From Candidatus Saccharibacteria bacterium UBA6824 (lineage in GTDB: Bacteria; Patescibacteriota; Saccharimonadia; Saccharimonadales; UBA10212), in assembly GCA_002452155.1 (NCBI GenBank), contig DKEK01000003.1:9851-73850 (forward strand): 64,000 nucleotides of DNA. The letters are read 5' to 3'. Of the stretch, positions 52,789-60,965 are shown piece after piece (position 1 is the stretch's first letter; each line of letters opens with the position of its first letter). The notes beneath the pieces are model-generated. The model was not told the DNA's origin and did not search any database. It was given only the letters and a program-made list of their open reading frames with translations. The position numbers and the translations under genes are program-made.

Positions 52789-53874
52789 ATGAAGCTACAA
52801 GTCACTCAGGAAAATTTAAGCCGGGCGCTTGGCAGTGTTGCCCGGGTTGCCTCTACTCGTAACACCCTGCCCATCTTATCTAACGTCTTACTTAAAACCA
52901 CTGATAATCGGTTGAGTATTGCTGCCACCAATCTAGATATCGCCATAACCCACCAAATCGGCGGCAAAATTACTAAAACTGGCGCCATAACCGTACCAGC
53001 TAGGTTGATGCAAGATTTTGTGACCAGCCTGCCCGACAACGTGCTAGACCTGGAACTCAAAGACAACAAACTTAGCATCAGCACCGATAAATACCACTCA
53101 ACCATCAACGGTATAAGCTCCGATGACTTCCCAATTATGCCAGCCATAAAAGGTGGTTCAACCTGGAAAATTCCGGCTGGTGAGCTTAAACGCGGCTTGC
53201 AAAAAGTGGTACTGGCCGCCAGCAGCGACGATGTCCGACCAGTTCTAACCGGCGTTTATTTTCACGACCTGGCCGGCGAAGCCGCTATCGCGGCAACCGA
53301 CAGTTACCGCCTGGCCGAGCACAAACTGGGCAAACATAAAAGCAAACTCAATTTTTTGGTACCCGCCAGTGCGGCCTCTGACCTGCTGCGGATTATTGGT
53401 GATAACAGTGACGAAATAACCATCACCCACGACGACCAGCAAGTGATGTTTAAGGTCGGAGACATAACACTAGTCGCCCGTTTAATCGAGGGTAACTACC
53501 CCGATTACCGAAAGTTAATCCCCACCAAATTTGCAACAGTAGCCCGACTGGCGCGGGCGGATTTTATCAATATCGCTAAAGTCTCCAGTCTGTTCGCCCG
53601 CGAAAGCGCCGGCAGTATTACCATTAACGCCGTGTCCCAAAAAGTCAGCATCAATGCCATTGCTTCGCAGCTTGGCGAAAATATGGCCGAGGCCGATGCG
53701 GAAGTTAAAGGCTCGGGCGAAGTGACCTTAAACTCCCGTTATCTCATCGAAGCCCTCAATGCATTTTCGGGCGAACAAATTGACTTTTGCTTCAACGGCA
53801 AACTGGAACCATGCATCCTGCGCAGTAGCGATGATAACAATTACACCCACCTTGTAATGCCCCTTAGAAGCTAA
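52789..53874 (+). CDS. dnaN: DNA polymerase III beta sliding clamp
   Basis: 361 aa with the three-domain clamp pattern (LPILSNVLLKT..., VRPVLTGVYF..., EGNYPDYRKLIP). Position after dnaA. Confidence 0.92.
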   Translation: MKLQVTQENLSRALGSVARVASTRNTLPILSNVLLKTTDNRLSIAATNLDIAITHQIGGKITKTGAITVPARLMQDFVTSLPDNVLDLELKDNKLSISTDKYHSTINGISSDDFPIMPAIKGGSTWKIPAGELKRGLQKVVLAASSDDVRPVLTGVYFHDLAGEAAIAATDSYRLAEHKLGKHKSKLNFLVPASAASDLLRIIGDNSDEITITHDDQQVMFKVGDITLVARLIEGNYPDYRKLIPTKFATVARLARADFINIAKVSSLFARESAGSITINAVSQKVSINAIASQLGENMAEADAEVKGSGEVTLNSRYLIEALNAFSGEQIDFCFNGKLEPCILRSSDDNNYTHLVMPLRS

Positions 53875-53894
53875 GAATCTTGTAACCTAGTAGT

Positions 53895-54956
53895 GTGATT
53901 AGCAGCATTCGCTTACAGCACTTTAGATCATATGCTGATGAAAGCTTTGAGTTTGACCCGGAGGTTAATATCATTGTCGGGCCAAACGGCAGCGGCAAAA
54001 CCAACCTCCTGGAAGCCGTATTGGTCCTAGGCAGCGGTAGCTCTTACCGGGCCCACGACGCAGATTTGGTGGCGTTTGGTAAGCCCTGGGCACGGCTAGA
54101 CGGCGCTTTTGCCAAACACGCCCGAACGCTCAGGCTAATTGCCCAAAGCGGCAAAAGCCAAAAAAGCTATGAACTTGATGGTAAGGAGTACAAACGCTTG
54201 AATCTGGAGCGTACTGTGCCGGCGGTTTTGTTTGAGCCAAACCATTTGCAGTTGGTGACCCGAGGCCCAGAGCAGCGCCGGGAATATTTCGATGACATAC
54301 TGCAGCGTACCACCCCGGGCTTCAAAAGCCTTCGGGCCAGCTATCACCGGACGCTGGCTCAACGCAATTCCCTGCTCAAGCAAGGGCCGGCGGCGGCGGC
54401 CAAACAACTTTTTGCCTGGGATGTCCGCCTCAGTCAGCTTGGTGCCCAAATAGTTGCCGCCCGCCTGGCTCTGCTTGAGCAGATCAACTCAGCAATTAGC
54501 CAAACCTACAGTCAAATATCTGGTAAAAAAAGTGAAGTGGGCCTGGAGTATGACAGTCCCATAAAGCTTAATGACTACTCCTCGCGTCTACTGGCTAAAC
54601 TGGAGGCAAACGTTAGTTCAGATTTTGCCCGAGGATTTAGCGCCTACGGGCCTCACCGCGAGGACTTTATAATTTACATAAATGGGCAACCGGCCAATGC
54701 TAGTGCTTCGCGCGGCGAACTGCGCAGCCTGTTGCTAGCCCTCAAAATATTTGAACTCAAACTTTTGCAAACTGTCCGCGGCCAGAAGCCGATATTTCTG
54801 CTCGACGATGTTTTTTCCGAACTCGACGGCGCCCGTCGCAAACATCTGGTCGAGCACCTAAAAGGCTACCAGACTATCATCACCACCACCGATGCCGAGG
54901 CCGTCATGGAATATTTTTCGGACAAACACAAACTGATTGCTCTTGGTGCAGGCTAA
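53895..54956 (+). CDS. recF: DNA replication and repair protein RecF
   Basis: GTG start. Walker A IVGPNGSGKTNLLEA, signature SRGELRSLLLALK, Walker B IFLLDDVFSELD. Confidence 0.9.
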   Translation: MISSIRLQHFRSYADESFEFDPEVNIIVGPNGSGKTNLLEAVLVLGSGSSYRAHDADLVAFGKPWARLDGAFAKHARTLRLIAQSGKSQKSYELDGKEYKRLNLERTVPAVLFEPNHLQLVTRGPEQRREYFDDILQRTTPGFKSLRASYHRTLAQRNSLLKQGPAAAAKQLFAWDVRLSQLGAQIVAARLALLEQINSAISQTYSQISGKKSEVGLEYDSPIKLNDYSSRLLAKLEANVSSDFARGFSAYGPHREDFIIYINGQPANASASRGELRSLLLALKIFELKLLQTVRGQKPIFLLDDVFSELDGARRKHLVEHLKGYQTIITTTDAEAVMEYFSDKHKLIALGAG

Positions 54957-54960
54957 AGAA

Positions 54961-55716
54961 TTAAAGGTGGGGCTTTATCTTCGTAGGTTTGAGCCCAATG
55001 TAGTTGAGGTTAGGCTGAACGTAGGATGGTTTTTTAAACTGGGCCATTATCTCTAAGACCGGCGTCAGAATGCCTTTAGGGGTGTTAAAGGGCACCATCA
55101 GTTTTAAATTGGAATCGCTGTCGACCTTGGTTGCTAATAGACTTGGGGCAATAGCTTTGCCGCGGTGAATATCGGATGGGTAAGCGTAGGTTTTATAATG
55201 GGCGGTCTTTAGATCTATCCACTTAGTATTTTGAGTGTTTACAGCACTGTCCACACCCGAGCCGTCGTTTAAGTACCCAAGCGCCCAGGTACGCTTATCG
55301 GTATCGGACCGATAAAGACGTGGCAACTGGATTAGATAAGACTGGCCTTTGGGCACTCGCCAGCGTCCGGGCACTTTAGCTTTAGAGCGCTCAGCAGCCG
55401 CAATCGGTGCGTTATTGATCAATGTCCCGGGTCCGACCAAGATCGCGCCGCCCCAAACGAAGTTGGGGTGAGCATGAGGCATTTCATCACCCATGTCGAC
55501 GCTATTCATACTTTCCAGAGCCTCGGCGGCTACTTGGTATGGATCCTGGGCCTCCGCTGAATCGGCCAAGCGTTCGATCTTTACTCCGGAACTGGCTGAC
55601 TCAACCGGCTGGGCGGCGGCTTCGCCGGTAAAGCCAGCTAAAGCAGCAGCCGCCAATGTGGTAGCTGCGCCCCTTCGGCTTATTTCGAATTTTAGGGCTC
55701 TTTCAGTCATTGTCAT
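54961..55716 (-). CDS. secreted protein with twin-arginine-like signal, unknown function
   Basis: The N-terminus is LKFEISRRGAATTLAAAALAGFTGEAAAQP (RR plus hydrophobic region plus AxA-like site). I recognise no family for the remainder. Confidence 0.5.
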   Translation of the reverse strand: MTMTERALKFEISRRGAATTLAAAALAGFTGEAAAQPVESASSGVKIERLADSAEAQDPYQVAAEALESMNSVDMGDEMPHAHPNFVWGGAILVGPGTLINNAPIAAAERSKAKVPGRWRVPKGQSYLIQLPRLYRSDTDKRTWALGYLNDGSGVDSAVNTQNTKWIDLKTAHYKTYAYPSDIHRGKAIAPSLLATKVDSDSNLKLMVPFNTPKGILTPVLEIMAQFKKPSYVQPNLNYIGLKPTKIKPHL

Positions 55717-55786
55717 TAAGCTTAAAATCGTACATCTTAGATATTACCATACTTACGGGGAAAAGTCAATGATGGAACCCCATCAT

Positions 55787-56395
55787 TCATGGTCCGACAT
55801 ACTCATAAATAATCTCTAGTTTAGAAAGGTCGTAGCCCTTAAATTTAAGCCAATCTTGGGCGTCTTTTTTGGCGGCCTCGGTGTAGTAGCTAACGTAAAC
55901 AGCTACGGCGCCAGGATCATTTGGGTGCTGAACTGAACGGCCGTAGTCCACCCGCCATAGCAGATCAATAAACGGCAACTCCTTAATAAGCGGTAGCCGT
56001 CTTTGCTGATCTAAGGAAATTTGGTCAAAGTTTTTGCTGGAAATTCCCTCGGCTTTTTTGGCGTCTTCCGGGTGGCTTTTATACCAATCGGCAGTGGCGG
56101 CGGAATTAGGGCTTAAAGATACCCCCACGAAGCTACTTTCTCCTTTGGTAAGCTGAACATCTTTACTGTAGTCCGAGAAACCATTTTGGCTAAAAGTTAG
56201 GTGGTAAGAACCCGGTTTTACCTTTAGCTGGCCTCCACGGACTGCGTTGCCGTTTATATTTATGTGGGAGCCTGTAGGGGCGACTTCCAGGGTCAACTTA
56301 GCCGATAAGCTGTGGTTATGGTAAATAAACCAGCCACCCAGGACAACAACCGGCAGAAGCACTAAAATAGTCAGCCTTTTGATATTAGGCGTCAT
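55787..56395 (-). CDS. PEGA-domain membrane-anchored protein
   Basis: Anchor LTILVLLPVVVLGGWFIY. PEGA-like beta domain LTLEVAPTGSHININGNAVRGGQLKVKPGSYHLTFSQNGFSDYSKDVQL. Confidence 0.6.
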   Translation of the reverse strand: MTPNIKRLTILVLLPVVVLGGWFIYHNHSLSAKLTLEVAPTGSHININGNAVRGGQLKVKPGSYHLTFSQNGFSDYSKDVQLTKGESSFVGVSLSPNSAATADWYKSHPEDAKKAEGISSKNFDQISLDQQRRLPLIKELPFIDLLWRVDYGRSVQHPNDPGAVAVYVSYYTEAAKKDAQDWLKFKGYDLSKLEIIYEYVGP

Positions 56396-56399
56396 AGCT

Positions 56400-58373
56400 T
56401 TACTTAAGCCTCGCTATCATATAATAACCTCTTTCATCTTGGGTGATAGCTGTGCCTAGGCTAGGCATCCGGCTATCTAAAGAAGCGCTGGCCTCATTGT
56501 ACTGGCCCCCTTGCTTGCCGACAAAAATGTAGGTATGTCCGTTGGCGCCGGCGCCATTACCAACGTGGTAAACTCCGCTGGCATCAACGTAGCTGCCCTC
56601 GTTAACTATTAATATGTCTCCTTCCTTTAATTCTTTAGGGTCAGAGACCTTGTAAATAACGTCGTATTTTGCCGGGTTGTCTAAAACGTACTGCGCTTGA
56701 ACAGTAGTACCAGACGCAGGATAGTTTTTATCGGCGCCGCTGGCGTGCATAACGGTGCCGACAAAGACGCCACAATCGGCCTCACTGCCGATTACACTAC
56801 TGTTATATTTCTTTACCCCTTCTAAATATTCTGGCTTGGCCTCCAGCGGCGGGCTGTGTGGCCCCGGCCAGGAATAGCTAAGAGCCGTTTGGACGATGTT
56901 ACCGGCCATAACACTACCGGAACAAGCAGTGGAGCCTCCACCTCCAGTACTTGGGACGGCTTTCATAATGCCGTCGGCAATACCGGTTGCATATTTTTGT
57001 TTGTCAAAGCCGCCGGACCCGGTTTCGTTATAAACCCAGGCGGTTTTAGAGAGCAACTGTACGATTGGGATGTCACCCCAGGCTAAAACGTCACCTCTAT
57101 CTTTGGGGAAGCTTAAATCAAGCGGTGCGACGTTGGTTTTGTCACCGGTTTGGCTGCGGGCGGCGGCTATAATTTGGGAGTAGCGTAGGCTTTTATCGGC
57201 CAGGGCGGCATCGGTGAAGGTTTTGCGTTTGCCATTATCTTTATTCTCCCTAAATCTGCCTACTTCTTGGGGGGTCACGCCGTAGTGCTCGTTTGGCGTA
57301 CCAAAGTCTGCGCCACCGGTGTAGTGCAGACTGACGGCTATCGCGGCATTAGCTTGGTCGGCCCGTCCGATCTTGGTTACAAAGCCAGCCGGATCATCCT
57401 CGCTGTTTTTGGTCAAAACAACCTTGTAGCCCTTGGCCTCGAGCTTGGTCTTCATTAGCTGGGCCGTATCCCACATATTTTGCATTTCCCCCGGCGCTCC
57501 GCCATTCTCTTTGGTTTCGATCCCGGAAGCCGGGTCGACCTGGGCAGTGGCAGCGCCGGCGTGGCCAGGATCAATCACGATGGTAGAGGCGCCGGCGGTA
57601 GTATTGCCACCCGTGCTGGGCGCGCAGACACAGCCGGCCTGCCCTGAGCCGGTGGTTCCGCCACCGCCCCCAGCCGGACCAGGCACAGGGTCTGGGTACC
57701 CCGGCTTACCGGATTTTGTGAAACCGGATGTGATCAAGCTGTAAACGTTACTTACATACTCTCGGGTTTCTTTAAATAGTGTGGATAACGGTGCATCCGG
57801 ACCCCATCGCTGGACTTGGCCCGGGCCGGCGTTATAAGAAGCGGCAATTTGCAGCAATGTATTAGTCTTAAGCGGTCGATCGAGGGAACCGAGCGGCGAA
57901 TTAGGTGTGGCGTTGTAGCTGGAAAGCAGCTTGGCGGCCGAGTAGGCAGCGTCGTAAATATTGTTAATGTCTTTAACGCCGTCATTGTTGCCGTCAGTTG
58001 CATAAGCCTGCCAGGTCAGCGGCATAAACTGAAAAGGGCCAGAAGCCCCGGATGGAGAAGTATCCCATTTTGTATCAAATGGTTTCCAGGTATTGCTGTT
58101 TTCACTTAAAAATATGGCGGCTAAGAGCGGCGCACTTGTATTGAACGCCGCCGCCGCTTGGTTAAACAATGCGGCGTACTGATCTGGTATAGTCGCCGGA
58201 AGTGTGGAATCCACAGGGGCATCACCATTACTGCAATTACCGCCGGCATCATAATACGGGTGTTGTTCAATAAGACTTTGGACGTCCGAGCTGGTTAGAG
58301 CCAGAACGGAAGGCTGCCAGAGTGTAAGTGCCGCCAGCAGCAAAAAGGCTATATTCCTAAACCTAAACTTCAC
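56400..58373 (-). CDS. three-domain secreted peptidoglycan hydrolase: SLT lytic transglycosylase + Amidase_3 + NlpC/P60- or CHAP-like cysteine peptidase
   Basis: Signal peptide IAFLLLAALTLWQPSVLA. SLT blocks FLSENS, GASGPFQFMPLTW, IAASYNAGPG. Gly/Pro linker GPAGGGGGTTGSG. Amidase_3 blocks IVIDPGHAG and AVSLHYTGG. C-domain has Cys in EADCGVFVGTV and His in NGHTYIFVG. Confidence 0.8.
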   Translation of the reverse strand: MKFRFRNIAFLLLAALTLWQPSVLALTSSDVQSLIEQHPYYDAGGNCSNGDAPVDSTLPATIPDQYAALFNQAAAAFNTSAPLLAAIFLSENSNTWKPFDTKWDTSPSGASGPFQFMPLTWQAYATDGNNDGVKDINNIYDAAYSAAKLLSSYNATPNSPLGSLDRPLKTNTLLQIAASYNAGPGQVQRWGPDAPLSTLFKETREYVSNVYSLITSGFTKSGKPGYPDPVPGPAGGGGGTTGSGQAGCVCAPSTGGNTTAGASTIVIDPGHAGAATAQVDPASGIETKENGGAPGEMQNMWDTAQLMKTKLEAKGYKVVLTKNSEDDPAGFVTKIGRADQANAAIAVSLHYTGGADFGTPNEHYGVTPQEVGRFRENKDNGKRKTFTDAALADKSLRYSQIIAAARSQTGDKTNVAPLDLSFPKDRGDVLAWGDIPIVQLLSKTAWVYNETGSGGFDKQKYATGIADGIMKAVPSTGGGGSTACSGSVMAGNIVQTALSYSWPGPHSPPLEAKPEYLEGVKKYNSSVIGSEADCGVFVGTVMHASGADKNYPASGTTVQAQYVLDNPAKYDVIYKVSDPKELKEGDILIVNEGSYVDASGVYHVGNGAGANGHTYIFVGKQGGQYNEASASLDSRMPSLGTAITQDERGYYMIARLK

Positions 58374-60958
58374 GGCGTGGCTCCGGCCGATGTGCCGACG
58401 TTTTGGATATCTATCAGTTCGTTTAGGGCGTTGTGGTAGCTTTGGTTGAGGCGCCAGCGGAAAATCATGTCGCCGGTATGTTTGGTGCGGCTGTCGGTAT
58501 CAAGTGCCAGCGGGTCGGAAGTATTGTTGATGCCAAGATTTGTTGGCGAACAAAGGCCACCATCTGTAACATTGCCACTAGCTTCCTCGCGACTGATCAT
58601 TTTAGGGTCACTTAGTAGTGTGCCCATGGTTTCTGTAAAGCAAACGTTATATTTAGCGGCTATGGCGTCTGCCTGACCAGGAGTTGTATTTTCCAAAATG
58701 TCGGCATTGACTAGCGGGTCGCCATAAGTGGGATCAGTATCAATTAGATTGTTTTCCTCATTACTCCAGCCCCACTGCATAAGGTTGTAGTTGGTGCTAT
58801 CGGTATTGCTAGCTGCGCTCACCCCGTGAGTGAAAGGCGACAACAAGTTTCTGGCCGCTCCCGAGAACATGCTCGAGAACCCGGCCAAGCCCTGGGGGAT
58901 TTTGCTGGGAGAGCTAAACAAGCGAGACAGGTTTATCAACTGGATGGAAAAAAATGAATTAGGATTGCTGAGTGCAAAATAGCGCTGGAAGAAGCTTTTG
59001 TTTGCCTGTTGCTTATTTAGATACTCTGCATCGACAAGCTTCGTGGAGTTTGACTCTTGGATTGTCAGCGGCCGGCCGTAATTTTGCTGGCGGTCCAGCT
59101 CGTTATTGTATACGACACCTCCCATATCGGCCTGGTTGACTAGATCCTTTGTGTCAGCACCATTGACTAGGGCACCCATTTCAGATATTACAATCATCCG
59201 GGCGGCATAAGTTATAGCGTCGGTTCCGGCGACGGCTGCGCCATTAGTAACACCAAATTTTAAGGCTCCGTTTCTGACTATTCGGCGCTGGATGGGGTCC
59301 GTGAAACGAAGCAGAGCCCGCTCCATTATAGTGGCTGTAGCTTTTTTAGCGGGGACCTCCAAAGCTCTAGTCCCAAGTTTTTCAATTGCGGTATCTATCA
59401 GCTTGCCCACGCCGGGCAAAAGCAGCTGGGCAGCAGTTATGCCCAGGACGCCGTATAGCAGTTCGTCACTTAGCAAGTTCGGACAAACGCTGCTAGCAAA
59501 GCTATTGGCTAAGCCAGCAGCCGGACCAAAAGTCGCGTCAAATATAGTGTAACTCTGCACCCTGGTGGCTTGGGCGTAGGGCTCGGTGGTAGTATTAATA
59601 GCTTCCTTGCGGACCAGCTTCTCGGGGTTGGTTTCACCTATATTACCGATCAGTTTATCGATGGCGGCGACAGCTTCTGCCGAAACATGGCCTGGTTTTT
59701 GCTGGTCGGCGGCTGAATTCAGCGCAAAGAAGGTTTTTAGGGCGGCAGAATTCTGGGCCTCGATTACGGCTTTGGAAGTTTCAACAGACCCGTCATAGAT
59801 CATACATACCGGTGCGCCAATAGAATAAAGTATGGTTAAGTAACCGGCCGGACCGTCGGCTAAGCTTTTAATTTTGTCGGCGAACTCAACGGCCCTTTTG
59901 GACGCGCCCGATGCTTCGAATAAGGACAATTGGCCGCTGTGGACCTTTTCGGCACAGGCGGCATTGGCCAAACAAGCCTTCTCGTCCTCAATGGCTTTTT
60001 GGGCTTCATCGGCAACGCCACCGGAACTGTTTTTTCCTGTTGCCGCTGTTCCCGTTGTTGGGGTGTTGACATCCTCAAATAGCTGTAGCTGGGTATCGCG
60101 CGAAACCTGGCTGGGTTTTTTGCCTCTTTCATCAGCCCCTTTCCTCTGCCAAAAATAGAGTTTGCCCCCAAAACTACTAACCATGGCTTTTGATACCCGG
60201 CTACGGACAAGATAGCTTTGGCCGTCCCGCAGCAGTGCCTGATTGGTCTGGGTATAAATGTGCTCATAGAAATTTCTCCACTGAGCACGGTTTTCCCAGA
60301 ACTTCCCGAACTGTAATTCGGGGGCGGGAACCTTCCGTCCGTCAATAATCACATTGGTGATTTTGCCACTGCTCGGGTCAGTAAAAAAATCCAGCGAACC
60401 AGTGGCCTTCATAGTCCGTACAGCCGTCTGAGGGCTATAAATATTCAGAGTCCGGCCCAACGCGCTTTTGCTGAGCAGGCTTTTAGCCTCGGTCTCAGTT
60501 GTTAAATCGACGGCCACTTTTTCGGCGGTCACGGCGGTGACGTTGCGGGCAAATGTTCGGCCGGAGCGGGCCAAGCGTCTTTCTAGGTGGCTTTGCAGAT
60601 GCGGTAGTTTAAGTGAGGGCAAGATAACACCAAAAAGTGCAATTACAACTGCTGATATAAGGGCGGCTAAAGAGGCGCTTATAGCGACTTTTTTTCGGTT
60701 GGCTGATATCCTTTGCCTAAGCGATCCAGACCTTTTACCACTGCCAGTGTGACCCCTCCCGACTTGATCGGGGTGTCTATAGGTTTGGCTATCGTCCTGT
60801 TCCTGACCATCTTCGGCGGCATTTTCTTTTTCGGATATATCCGCTGCGCTGTCCGGTACATATAGGTCTTTATCAGCGGATGAAGCTTCGCTATCAGAAT
60901 CCGCAGCTGGCTGGCTACCCGGTTCATCATAGGGCTCCTTCAGTTCGGGGTCGGCCAC
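58370..60958 (-). CDS. 862-aa membrane protein of the T4SS-like operon (possible VirB6/TcpH/PrgH-type channel component)
   Basis: Acidic, disordered N-terminal ~90 aa. TM VAISASLAALISAVVIALFGVILPSL and further hydrophobic segments (YLTILYSIGAPVCMIY, LLYGVLGITAAQLLLPGVG, ITYAARMIVISEMGALV). 4-nt overlap with the hydrolase gene. I recognise no family; the role is inferred from context only. Confidence 0.45.
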   Translation of the reverse strand: MADPELKEPYDEPGSQPAADSDSEASSADKDLYVPDSAADISEKENAAEDGQEQDDSQTYRHPDQVGRGHTGSGKRSGSLRQRISANRKKVAISASLAALISAVVIALFGVILPSLKLPHLQSHLERRLARSGRTFARNVTAVTAEKVAVDLTTETEAKSLLSKSALGRTLNIYSPQTAVRTMKATGSLDFFTDPSSGKITNVIIDGRKVPAPELQFGKFWENRAQWRNFYEHIYTQTNQALLRDGQSYLVRSRVSKAMVSSFGGKLYFWQRKGADERGKKPSQVSRDTQLQLFEDVNTPTTGTAATGKNSSGGVADEAQKAIEDEKACLANAACAEKVHSGQLSLFEASGASKRAVEFADKIKSLADGPAGYLTILYSIGAPVCMIYDGSVETSKAVIEAQNSAALKTFFALNSAADQQKPGHVSAEAVAAIDKLIGNIGETNPEKLVRKEAINTTTEPYAQATRVQSYTIFDATFGPAAGLANSFASSVCPNLLSDELLYGVLGITAAQLLLPGVGKLIDTAIEKLGTRALEVPAKKATATIMERALLRFTDPIQRRIVRNGALKFGVTNGAAVAGTDAITYAARMIVISEMGALVNGADTKDLVNQADMGGVVYNNELDRQQNYGRPLTIQESNSTKLVDAEYLNKQQANKSFFQRYFALSNPNSFFSIQLINLSRLFSSPSKIPQGLAGFSSMFSGAARNLLSPFTHGVSAASNTDSTNYNLMQWGWSNEENNLIDTDPTYGDPLVNADILENTTPGQADAIAAKYNVCFTETMGTLLSDPKMISREEASGNVTDGGLCSPTNLGINNTSDPLALDTDSRTKHTGDMIFRWRLNQSYHNALNELIDIQNVGTSAGATP

Positions 60959-60965
60959 TTCGTAC

